This document shows positions 18,616 through 27,411 of a stretch of 64,000 nt of DNA, piece by piece (the stretch's first letter is position 1; each line of letters begins with the position of its first letter). A program made the translations under genes and the position numbers. The DNA lies in the IMG/VR virus record IMGVR_UViG_3300035145_003993, positions 124,001 through 188,000 of that record, one strand, 5' to 3'. The notes below the pieces were generated by a model. It saw only the letters and a list, made by a program, of their open reading frames with translations. It searched no databases and had not been told where the DNA came from.

Positions 18616-19604
18616 AATATAGTTTAAAAGATCAATATAAAAGTTTGTTAAAAGAAGAACTTGCAATTGTAAAAAGATTAAGTCAAAATAATAAAACAGA
18701 ACTTTTCGATGTCGATCTATTTAAAAATGGTAATATTAAAGGTAAAAAAGTTGAAATATCAGATGAAGATAAAAATCTTTTAAAAATATATAATGATTAT
18801 TGTTCTGACTCTGATCTTAAATTAATTAATTTTATTAAAAATAACAAAGATAATATAAAATTTCGAATCAACATAAATGACATGAATGACAATAATATAG
18901 TGAATTATCTTAATCAAAATTTTAGTGAAACAATAAATTGGAATCCAAATAAAGTAAAAGATAAAGGCAGAGGAGAAGTTTCATTACATTTAGCATTTAA
19001 TTCTGATTTAAACTTTAAAGAGCCTGATTTTGTTTCTCACGATAATAAAAGAAAATTTTCTGTTAAATCATTTATAACAAACCAAGGAAACATTACTAAT
19101 GTTAGGTCTTCAAAAGACAATAGATTTATAGAAATATACGATAATAATAAAGAAATCAAATCTATATTTGATAATCAAAATTGGAACAACCTATTTTCAA
19201 TAACATCAGATTTTATAAAACAAAGTAGTAAAACTTATAATCCAATAGAATTTAAAAAAACAATTGAACATTTTGTTATAGAAAAAGATTTTTCAAAAGA
19301 AGAAATAATTTTAAAACTTAAAAAAATAAAAGAATTTTTAAACGAAATAAAAATAGAGTTAACAAAAGATCATGGTTCTGAATGTATTATTGGTATTGAC
19401 AAGAATAAACAATTTTTTATAGTTAATAGAGAAAATGCTATCGAAAAATTAGGTATATACAGAATTAATGGTAATGAAATTACTTACTATCATACAGATG
19501 ATACTAGAAGACTTACTTTTTCTAAGGTTATAGATATACTAATTAACGAAGTAAATCAACTTAAAGAGTCAAAGTTTAAAAGCGTATATAAACATTTATT
19601 TTAA
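18612..19604 (+). CDS. Hypothetical protein with leader, possible PD-(D/E)xK nuclease
   Basis: Start at the ATGA overlap, 18612; GRGE...EPDF...FSVKS. Confidence 0.55.
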   Translation: MKYSLKDQYKSLLKEELAIVKRLSQNNKTELFDVDLFKNGNIKGKKVEISDEDKNLLKIYNDYCSDSDLKLINFIKNNKDNIKFRININDMNDNNIVNYLNQNFSETINWNPNKVKDKGRGEVSLHLAFNSDLNFKEPDFVSHDNKRKFSVKSFITNQGNITNVRSSKDNRFIEIYDNNKEIKSIFDNQNWNNLFSITSDFIKQSSKTYNPIEFKKTIEHFVIEKDFSKEEIILKLKKIKEFLNEIKIELTKDHGSECIIGIDKNKQFFIVNRENAIEKLGIYRINGNEITYYHTDDTRRLTFSKVIDILINEVNQLKESKFKSVYKHLF

Positions 19605-19961
19605 AAGTCCCATATCTTTAAGATATTTTTCTGTAACTTTTCTATCTTTATCCCACGTTGTTAAGCCTTTTTTATTAAACCATTCTTTTTCAAAGTCATG
19701 CCATTCCATGTATTGTTCTTCTGGATGACTTCCGTTTAATCTTTTTTCTTTTTTTAAGTTTTCATACAAAAGCCTAATAAGAACTTTTTCTGCAATTTCT
19801 TGAATATCTTCATTTGCATATTTTGCTCTTACTGCAGAATCTGCTTTAGATTTTGATGTGTGACAAGATATTTTTTTATTACTATTCTTTTTAGTGATAA
19901 TATACTTACCTTTTTTACCTTGTGAGTTTTTGCATTTTCTTTTTTTAACTTTATAAGGCAT
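19596..19961 (-). CDS. Basic hypothetical phage protein
   Basis: Lys-rich N-terminus, SCHTSKSKA motif. Confidence 0.7.
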   Translation of the reverse strand: MPYKVKKRKCKNSQGKKGKYIITKKNSNKKISCHTSKSKADSAVRAKYANEDIQEIAEKVLIRLLYENLKKEKRLNGSHPEEQYMEWHDFEKEWFNKKGLTTWDKDRKVTEKYLKDMGLLK

Positions 19962-19962
19962 A

Positions 19963-20247
19963 TTAACACATCGATTTTTTAATAATATTTTTAATTTCTG
20001 TTATATTCATATTATTATCTAAACAAATTTTTGTAATTTTTGAAGTTAAATAATCATTTACAGTTGAAAGATCAGCACTACTTTTAGCTAGTTTATAATG
20101 ACACCATTGTGGTAAATCATCATGGTCACCTAAAATCATATATAAATTATATAAATCTCTTGACATAGTAATCAAAGTTGACTTTGCCATTTGGCCTTCT
20201 CTTGCATCAGATTTTTTATGTCCGTAATCTAAATTTATTCCTGTCAT
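19963..20247 (-). CDS. Hypothetical phage protein
   Basis: EGQMAKS...DDLPQWCHYKL motif recalled from large-phage hypothetical proteins. Confidence 0.7.
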   Translation of the reverse strand: MTGINLDYGHKKSDAREGQMAKSTLITMSRDLYNLYMILGDHDDLPQWCHYKLAKSSADLSTVNDYLTSKITKICLDNNMNITEIKNIIKKSMC

Positions 20248-20262
20248 TATATTTCTCCTTTT

Positions 20263-22017
20263 TTATTCTCCACAGGGTTGAATGATGCAAGAAGCATCAG
20301 GTAAATTTGAGTTGAGAACTTCTTCACAAGAATTACCTATTTTAAGATCTGGTGCCCAACTCCAGTTATTCATAATTATATATCCCGCATGTATAGGAAA
20401 ACCATTTAAATCGTAAGAAACTATTTCAGATAATTTTATATATCTACTAGTTTGTCTGTGAAACATTCCAAACCTTCCTCTAGGAATATATCCACTATAA
20501 CTAAATGTTGTTGATGAAGTATTTGAATTTACAATGGTTTGAGAAATACTTTCACTATTCCCTACAGAAACAACCTTTCCACTTGATATACTTTCTGACA
20601 TGTTCCATACACGTCCAGAAGATAATGAATTTGATTCTGAAAGGGTGTTCGAAGTATTATTTGATAAAATATATGAACCACTTAAAGAATGACTTCTAAC
20701 ATCATTTTGAACACTTCCAAATGTTTTTCCACTTTGATTAGATCCACTAGTTGAATATCCTCTAGAAGAAGAGTTAGACTCACTTTCAGAAGAAGAATTA
20801 GAATTACCCCATCCTTGAGAAACTCCAGCAGAAACTTCAACTTTCCCACTTGCTTTTGCTAAAAATGGTAAAGATCCTTCTCCACTTACACCGACTGTTG
20901 TTGATCCATTAACAGAAGTATTAGAGTTATTAGATTGACTTTGACTAGAAGATTCAGAATTAGATTCTCCTAAAGACCAAGACCAAGATTCTCCGTCTGT
21001 AGTATTAAAAGAAATATTATTACTTTCACCGCTAGATTCTGAATTGGTGAATGATTCACTTTGTGTTTCTGATTGAGATAATGAAGATGACAATACTGTA
21101 TTTTGAGTTTCACTTACACTAACACCTTCAGATATACTAGAAGAAGTATTAGAAGTAAAGCTATCACTCCAGTTTTTATTTATTGTAATTGAAACACTAT
21201 TTTGTTTAGTTTCTGATTGTGACTCTGAATAGTTTACTGTGTTACCAACAGATCCAGGTATACATCCAGTTACAGGAACAGGTTCATATGTTTCTGCTAA
21301 TTCATATTTTCCATAATGTTTAACTTCAATAGGATTAACTACTTTAATTGGTATAGCATTTTCTATATATTCATTATTGTCATTATAGGCAGTAATTCTT
21401 ATTAGAGCTATGTAAGATGAAATATCTTTAGGTACTTCTAAAAAAACATGTTCGATATAATCATTAGAGACAGCGGAACTAAATTCATTTGTATAACTTA
21501 AACTAGTATAAGGACTTGTTATATCATAATGTAATTTAATAGGAGAAAACTTAAAAGAATCAACATTAATATAAGTCTTAACTCCACCTAAAACATTTCC
21601 AGAAAGTGAATTACAATTTTCTTGATTACAAATTCCGCTAATAATAATAGATTTTTCTATATTTATCGGCAAACTTACAATAATTCTTTCATCTGATTCA
21701 AATGATAATTTATATCGTTTATAGAAAGGTATTTTTTTATTTAAAAATCTTTTTAATATTAATTTATCATTTAAAAGAAGAGGAGAATATTTTTCAATAA
21801 CATTATTATTACTGTCTTTTAGTTTTATTGTTTTTATGATTTTATTATTTTCTTTATTTTGTAAAGAATATTTTATTACTTCTCCTGATGTAATACTATT
21901 TTTTCCTATAATTTTTTCTTCTTTATCATAAGAAGATTGTGCACAGGAAGTAAAAAATAAATAAAAGATAAAGTAAAAAATTAATCTATTCATTTTCATG
22001 TGTATTTCTAAATTCAT
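20263..22017 (-). CDS. Lipoprotein with giant Ser/Thr-rich beta-hairpin, aerolysin/ETX-MTX2-like
   Basis: Lipobox FTS-C (likely start MNRLIF); 250-aa alternating S/T region centred on VGVSGEGSLPFLAKASGKVEVSAGVS. Confidence 0.65.
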   Translation of the reverse strand: MNLEIHMKMNRLIFYFIFYLFFTSCAQSSYDKEEKIIGKNSITSGEVIKYSLQNKENNKIIKTIKLKDSNNNVIEKYSPLLLNDKLILKRFLNKKIPFYKRYKLSFESDERIIVSLPINIEKSIIISGICNQENCNSLSGNVLGGVKTYINVDSFKFSPIKLHYDITSPYTSLSYTNEFSSAVSNDYIEHVFLEVPKDISSYIALIRITAYNDNNEYIENAIPIKVVNPIEVKHYGKYELAETYEPVPVTGCIPGSVGNTVNYSESQSETKQNSVSITINKNWSDSFTSNTSSSISEGVSVSETQNTVLSSSLSQSETQSESFTNSESSGESNNISFNTTDGESWSWSLGESNSESSSQSQSNNSNTSVNGSTTVGVSGEGSLPFLAKASGKVEVSAGVSQGWGNSNSSSESESNSSSRGYSTSGSNQSGKTFGSVQNDVRSHSLSGSYILSNNTSNTLSESNSLSSGRVWNMSESISSGKVVSVGNSESISQTIVNSNTSSTTFSYSGYIPRGRFGMFHRQTSRYIKLSEIVSYDLNGFPIHAGYIIMNNWSWAPDLKIGNSCEEVLNSNLPDASCIIQPCGE

Positions 22018-22246
22018 TTCTAATTTTTCTTTGACTTAACAAACACCAATTTAGAACTTGTTTAGATTGTTCATCTGTTAAACCATGCTCTTCAATTAAT
22101 TTTACTAAAGATAAATCCTGACAGAATTGTAATTCATCTTCTTCTATAAATTGACTTGATAATGATTTAGCAATTATTAAATTAATCGCGTCTATATTTT
22201 TGTTTCTTTTTGCCATAATAATTTGTTCTTTCTTGATTTTTCTCAT
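21986..22246 (-). CDS. Hypothetical protein
   Basis: ORF track; start may be internal (MAKRNK). Confidence 0.55.
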   Translation of the reverse strand: MRKIKKEQIIMAKRNKNIDAINLIIAKSLSSQFIEEDELQFCQDLSLVKLIEEHGLTDEQSKQVLNWCLLSQRKIRNEFRNTHENE

Positions 22247-22359
22247 ATTTATCTTGATTATAATTATTATAGCAATTATTACTTTTATTTATACTTTCTA
22301 CTTTTCTTTCCTTTTTAATAAAAAAAATATTCTTTACATAAAAGAAAAAATCAACCCAA

Positions 22360-22638
22360 TCAGCTTTGTTCATTTTTTGATTTCTTTTTTCTATTATATT
22401 TTCTTCTTTTTTTACTTTTCACGGGTTCTATAATATTTTTTTTTACATCTAATTCTTGGTTTACTTTATTTAATGCTATATCAAAAAAATCTTTTGGAGG
22501 TGGAAAAACTTTTCTTTCTCTTAAGAGAGAGCAAAATTCTTCATAAGTAATTTTATTGTTAGATTTTAAAAACAAATGTAAATTAAATTTTTTTCTTAAA
22601 CAAAATAAATTAAAATTAATTAAGTGATGATCCTTCAT
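22360..22638 (-). CDS. Hypothetical protein with basic C-terminus
   Basis: ORF track. Confidence 0.55.
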   Translation of the reverse strand: MKDHHLINFNLFCLRKKFNLHLFLKSNNKITYEEFCSLLRERKVFPPPKDFFDIALNKVNQELDVKKNIIEPVKSKKRRKYNRKKKSKNEQS

Positions 22639-22891
22639 TTTTTCTCTTCATTAATTCAATAACTGACTCCTGAAACTGGGGAGACTTAGCAATATTAAAT
22701 ATGTCTTCACTAGAGTGTTCCATTCCGTATTTTTTCGAAATGTTTGCTGCAATTTTAACAAAAGACCTATTAATTATATTTCTAACTGTTGAATGGTTCA
22801 TTTTATGACCACACTTTGTCATAATATTTGCAATATCGTATAAACCTAGACCTTCTTCATTTTTAACTGTTACATATTTTTTATTTTTCAA
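22616..22891 (-). CDS. HTH protein resembling detached sigma region 4.2
   Basis: [11 protein letters not shown]...[17 protein letters not shown]; TTG start overlaps the sigma stop by 11 nt. Confidence 0.65.
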   Translation of the reverse strand: MKNKKYVTVKNEEGLGLYDIANIMTKCGHKMNHSTVRNIINRSFVKIAANISKKYGMEHSSEDIFNIAKSPQFQESVIELMKRKNEGSSLN

Positions 22892-23633
22892 GATATTTTC
22901 TCATTTCTTTAGTCACAGGAAAGTTTTTAATATTATTGTCGTTATTGTTAATTCCAAATCTAAGTCTAATTATTTTTTCTTCTTTAGGAGTTAATAAAGA
23001 TAAACTTTCTTCAACAATTTGATTTAGTTCTTTATGTTCTAAAGATTTTTCAGGATTCGAAAATATTGACTCATCTTCTATTTTATTTAAAACACTGAAT
23101 GTATTCGAATCACTATCTTCTCTTTCAATAGAAGAAATATTTTTATTTGACTTTAATGTGTATTTAACTTTTTTAGATGGTTCATCAACTAATTCAGATA
23201 TTTCTTCTATTGAAGGATTTCTTCCATTTTCTTCTTCAAATTTTAAAATTTCTTTTTTAATTTTAGAATTTAATAACCTTGAGTGAGTAGGAACTTTTAT
23301 ATTTGAAGATTTTTCATTTATATATTGTAATGCTGATTGTTTTATCCACCAGCAAGCGTATGTGCTAAATTTGTAACCTAACTCAGGATCAAATTTGTCA
23401 ACAGCTTTAAGAAGTCCTATTGTACTTTCTTGAATAAGATCATCAAAATCTAAACCATTTCTATGATATTTTTTTGCAATTGAAATAACTAATCGATAAT
23501 TTGACTCAATTAGCTTTTTTCTTGCTTTTTCATCACCTTTTTTAATTCTTCTTGATAATTCAATTTCCTCTTTTTTCTTTAATAAGGGATTTTCTTTAAT
23601 AACTTTAGAGAAACTAGAGTGAATATTAACCAT
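22881..23633 (-). CDS. Sigma-70 family factor (regions 1.2-4.1), lacking the region 4.2 HTH
   Basis: [55 protein letters not shown], then stop after 21 residues. Confidence 0.9.
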   Translation of the reverse strand: MVNIHSSFSKVIKENPLLKKKEEIELSRRIKKGDEKARKKLIESNYRLVISIAKKYHRNGLDFDDLIQESTIGLLKAVDKFDPELGYKFSTYACWWIKQSALQYINEKSSNIKVPTHSRLLNSKIKKEILKFEEENGRNPSIEEISELVDEPSKKVKYTLKSNKNISSIEREDSDSNTFSVLNKIEDESIFSNPEKSLEHKELNQIVEESLSLLTPKEEKIIRLRFGINNNDNNIKNFPVTKEMRKYLEK

Positions 23634-23672
23634 TAATTGTCCTTTAATTATATAGGTTTTTTGTTAATTATA

Positions 23673-23873
23673 CTATATATCAATTATAATTACACGCGAT
23701 TTTTCTTTTTCTTTTAATCTTTCATTAGGTACACGATCATAGTCGTATGGATTAGGAATTTCAATTCTTAACATTCTATCATTTTCATCATAGAAATTTT
23801 CTTTTTGTTTTTCATAAATAGATTTTTTAATTAAAAGGTCATCTATAATACTGATTTCAATTTTAGAATTCAT
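23673..23873 (-). CDS. Small hypothetical protein
   Basis: RMLRIEIP...SRVIIIDI. Confidence 0.55.
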   Translation of the reverse strand: MNSKIEISIIDDLLIKKSIYEKQKENFYDENDRMLRIEIPNPYDYDRVPNERLKEKEKSRVIIIDI

Positions 23874-23896
23874 AATTTTCCTTTCATGACTCTATA

Positions 23897-25528
23897 TTAA
23901 TACATATCATCTGATAGTTGAACTAATTGAACTCCTCCATGACCGTCATTACTATTTAAAACAATACACCCTACTGATATTAGACTATTACATACACTAA
24001 CTGCGTTTGATATTGCAGTTGCAGTAACTTTTTGTGGATCAATAATTCCTTCATCAATCATATCAACATACGATTCAGTACGAACATCATATCCATAATT
24101 CCAATCTCTATTGTTTTTTATCATTTCAATAATATAATCAACTGGTTTATCTCCATTTTGCAAAATCTTTTTCAATGGAGACATACATGCGTCAGAAACA
24201 ATTTTTGAAACAGTGCTATCTAGCAAGGATTCTTCTTTGCTTTCTTCTAAAAGATTTATTCCTGCTCTTGCCAAAGCAATCCCACCACCTGGCAAGAATC
24301 CACTTTCAATAGCAGCTTTCGTTGCATGAAGAGCATCATCGATTCTATCTACTAATTCTAATAACTCAGATTCTGTATGAGCTCCAATTGAAAGAACAGC
24401 AACAATACCTTTATTAATAATAAGCCTTTGTTTATAAAAGACTTCATCTTCCTTTGAAAGAGTTTTATCTTCTAATTTTTTCTCAACAGCCTTCGAAATT
24501 TCATCAGAGTTTTCACAAGAAGCACATTCAACAAAAAGAGTTGAATTATGATTTGTTTCGATCTTTTTAGAATTCCCTAAGTCTGAAAGGAGAACATTAG
24601 ACATTTCTCTTTCATCTAAATCATAGAAAACTTTTGTTCCTAAAGCTTTAGCGAGATCATTTAAAATTTGATTTCTTTTTTCACCATAAAATGGAGATCT
24701 AACTGCACAAACTTGCAAAGTACCTTTTGAAACATTAGCTAACAAAGATTGAATTACTTCTTGTTCATAGTCATTTGCAATAATAAATAAAGATTTTCCA
24801 GTTTGATGTATTTTTTCTAAAATCGGAAGAATTTGTGAAAGACTATTTAATTTACAACTTAGGATTAAAATTAAAGGATCATCTAAAACTGTTTTTGATT
24901 TTTCATTGTCATTAATAAAATAAGGTGAAACATATCCACGATCAATTTTAACACCACGAACTAATTTAAGCTCTGTATTTGTAGTTTTAGATTTTTCGAC
25001 TGTAACTAGTCCAGAAGAACCTACTTCTGACATTGCGTTAGCAATCAAGTTACCAATATATTCGTCACCGTTAGCACTAATTGTTGCAACTTGCCTTATT
25101 TCTTCATTAGAAGAAACTTTCTTTGATTTTTTAGATAATATTTCAACAACATCAGAAACCTTTTTATTTAAGTAAGAAGTGATTTCTGATGGTGATCCTA
25201 TTCCTGTTTGCAAAGCTTGAGATGCTCTAAAATATAATTCTTTAGCTAAAACAGTTGAAGTTGTACTTCCATCACCCGCTACAGTTGCTGTATTTTCGCT
25301 AGCTTGTTTTAAAAGTTTTGCGCCAAGATCTTCAACTCTATTTTGTAGAACAATACTTTTAGCTACTGTTGCACCATCTTTAGTTAAATGAGGAGGTTCG
25401 TTATTTTTTTCTATTAATACTAATTTACCTCTTGGTCCCATTGTGATTGAAACAGCATCACAAAGTTTTTTTACTCCACTTTTTAGATGATTTTGTGCTT
25501 CTTCATCAAAGTATATTAAGTCTGACAT
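23897..25528 (-). CDS. groEL: Chaperonin GroEL
   Basis: ITMGPRG, TKDGATVAK, AGDGSTT, RIDDALHATKAAIESGFLPGGG, GIIDP. Confidence 0.95.
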   Translation of the reverse strand: MSDLIYFDEEAQNHLKSGVKKLCDAVSITMGPRGKLVLIEKNNEPPHLTKDGATVAKSIVLQNRVEDLGAKLLKQASENTATVAGDGSTTSTVLAKELYFRASQALQTGIGSPSEITSYLNKKVSDVVEILSKKSKKVSSNEEIRQVATISANGDEYIGNLIANAMSEVGSSGLVTVEKSKTTNTELKLVRGVKIDRGYVSPYFINDNEKSKTVLDDPLILILSCKLNSLSQILPILEKIHQTGKSLFIIANDYEQEVIQSLLANVSKGTLQVCAVRSPFYGEKRNQILNDLAKALGTKVFYDLDEREMSNVLLSDLGNSKKIETNHNSTLFVECASCENSDEISKAVEKKLEDKTLSKEDEVFYKQRLIINKGIVAVLSIGAHTESELLELVDRIDDALHATKAAIESGFLPGGGIALARAGINLLEESKEESLLDSTVSKIVSDACMSPLKKILQNGDKPVDYIIEMIKNNRDWNYGYDVRTESYVDMIDEGIIDPQKVTATAISNAVSVCNSLISVGCIVLNSNDGHGGVQLVQLSDDMY

Positions 25529-25537
25529 TATTGTTGT

Positions 25538-25756
25538 TTATCCTTTCAACAAAGTCTTTTGTGTGTTTTCTGACAAAGACTCGTTTTTTGTCATTGTTGC
25601 GATTGAAGATGCACTAAGCATCCTTTTTTCATTAGTCAATACATCCTTGGCAAAATATAAATCACCTGATTGGATTGCAACCTCATTTTCACTAATGATA
25701 TTTTTATTTCTTAATTCTAACAAAATACTATTTGATAATACACTTTCAGTCGTCAT
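25538..25756 (-). CDS. Hypothetical protein (not GroES-like)
   Basis: ORF track. Confidence 0.6.
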   Translation of the reverse strand: MTTESVLSNSILLELRNKNIISENEVAIQSGDLYFAKDVLTNEKRMLSASSIATMTKNESLSENTQKTLLKG

Positions 25757-26594
25757 TATTTATATTCCTTTCTAAAGATTTAAAAGTTTGTATATACTTT
25801 TCCCATGACTTATCTTTTCCTATTATAGAATTAAATTTAAAATTTATAAATTCTTTTTTTAATAAGTCCCAATTAAAAATTTTATTTTCACTTAATACGA
25901 AGTTTTTTTCTTCATCAACTAAATCATGAAATTTTATCATAAATTTGTTTTTATTAAATTTTTCTCTATTATTTTCTTCTGTTAAAAAATTCTCTAATAA
26001 TTCTTTATTAGAAAGAAGCTTTTGAGCTTTTTTATTACCGATCCCGTTAAATCCTATAATATTATCTGATTTGTCTCCTACAAGAGATTTCCAATCAACA
26101 TAGTTGTATTCTGTTTTTTCTAGAAAACACTTTCTTACTGGATTATATAGTTTTATATTACTTGAAATTATTTGTATAAAGTCAGTATCTGATGAAACGA
26201 TTGTGACATTTTCGTTATGATGTTTTTGTGTTGCAATATGTGCTATGACATCATCACATTCATAGTCATCATGTTTAATAATTTTAAAAGGAAAATATTC
26301 TTTTAAAAGTCTTATAATTTCTTTTTTTTGTGACTGAAAATTGTCTTTATCGTGATAAACTCTTTGTCCTTTATAATCAGGAGAAATTTCTAATCTTTTT
26401 TTAGGAATACCTTCCAAAACAAAATAACAAACATCAGGATCGAATTTTTCTACTAAAGGTCTTAAACTTCTAAAAAAATTAAATATAGTTGAATAATCTC
26501 CTTTATTCATTCTAGAATAACGCGATCTATAAATTAAATTATATCCATCAAGAAGTAGTACTTTCATTATTGATTTCTTCTTTTTCTTTACCAT
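25746..26594 (-). CDS. 5'-3' exonuclease / flap endonuclease (PolI N-terminal, T4 RNase H-like)
   Basis: LLDGYNL, YKGQR, YECDDVIA, IVSSDTDF, LVGDKSDNIIG; true start MKVLLLD. Confidence 0.92.
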   Translation of the reverse strand: MVKKKKKSIMKVLLLDGYNLIYRSRYSRMNKGDYSTIFNFFRSLRPLVEKFDPDVCYFVLEGIPKKRLEISPDYKGQRVYHDKDNFQSQKKEIIRLLKEYFPFKIIKHDDYECDDVIAHIATQKHHNENVTIVSSDTDFIQIISSNIKLYNPVRKCFLEKTEYNYVDWKSLVGDKSDNIIGFNGIGNKKAQKLLSNKELLENFLTEENNREKFNKNKFMIKFHDLVDEEKNFVLSENKIFNWDLLKKEFINFKFNSIIGKDKSWEKYIQTFKSLERNINNDD

Positions 26595-27033
26595 TAATAA
26601 TACTAGTATTTAAAATATTTGTATTGTCAATAATATTTGCTGTTTGACCATTATCTAAATTAATCTTTATTTGATTATTTTTTATAATACTATTATTTGT
26701 CTCATTTTTACACTTTAAAGAATCTCTATTTAATTTTTCTTCCACTATATTAAAGAATTCTTCTTCGAGATTAATTGCACTTTCAATCATTTTACTAATA
26801 GAAGATTTTGCTCTTTCTAAAATAAATTCATTAACTTCATCTAAATCTTCAAAAGTATTATCTAACTTATCTATACTAATTTTTTTACCTTTTTTATTAG
26901 GTAATAAAACTTTATAATTAGTTACTTCACCTTCTAGATCTTTTATGACAATTTGCTCTACTATCTTTACAGGTATAATAGCTTGCTTGTCTTTTAAAAT
27001 AGTATATAAAATTTGCCCTACTTCATATGACAT
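26548..27033 (-). CDS. Hypothetical protein
   Basis: YEVGQILY beta-rich N-terminal domain. Confidence 0.65.
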   Translation of the reverse strand: MSYEVGQILYTILKDKQAIIPVKIVEQIVIKDLEGEVTNYKVLLPNKKGKKISIDKLDNTFEDLDEVNEFILERAKSSISKMIESAINLEEEFFNIVEEKLNRDSLKCKNETNNSIIKNNQIKINLDNGQTANIIDNTNILNTSIINGKEKEEINNESTTS

Positions 27034-27035
27034 TT

Positions 27036-27362
27036 TTATTTCTCTTTTATGTTTTTATTTATTTTATCATTTATTTTATTTCCAAGTTTTGATGCTTTAT
27101 TTAAAGGCATTAATCCTAATGCCTCCCTAACTTGGTCGTATAATTCTTCGCTTAATTTGCTTTTTAATTGCATCATATTTGCGTATGAATGTAAAACTAT
27201 TTCTCTTTCAACATCATCTTCTTCAATTTTTCTAGATTCATACATAAACAAAACAGAAGGCATGTTTTCTTCATTATTTAAATTAACAAAAGGAAGTCCT
27301 CCAGTTATTGTTTCCTCACCTTTACTAAAATCTTCATAACATATTTCTGGCTGTCTTTTCAT
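27036..27362 (-). CDS. Hypothetical protein
   Basis: ORF track, with RBS. Confidence 0.65.
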   Translation of the reverse strand: MKRQPEICYEDFSKGEETITGGLPFVNLNNEENMPSVLFMYESRKIEEDDVEREIVLHSYANMMQLKSKLSEELYDQVREALGLMPLNKASKLGNKINDKINKNIKEK

Positions 27363-27411
27363 ACAATATCCTTTTTTTGTCTATTATATGAAATATAATG
27401 TCTTATTAAAA

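Noticed and set aside
20263-22017. Ser-rich tract as a simple glycosylated spacer or ice-nucleation-type repeat
   Set aside because: There is no fixed-period repeat, and the central amphipathic tip with symmetric arms fits a beta-hairpin better, though this is not proven
22182-22433. Overlapping ORFs 22182..22373(-) and 22200..22433(+)
   Set aside because: Low-complexity A/T-run region; neither has a convincing RBS or motif, so the true coding frame could not be decided
25538-25756. GroES candidate upstream of groEL
   Set aside because: No GroES motifs (PLxDRV, mobile-loop GGI) are visible
26685-26713. GTGTAAA-N17-TATTAT inside the 26548..27033 ORF
   Set aside because: It lies in coding sequence with an atypical spacer. 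It could drive the exonuclease gene but cannot be told from chance
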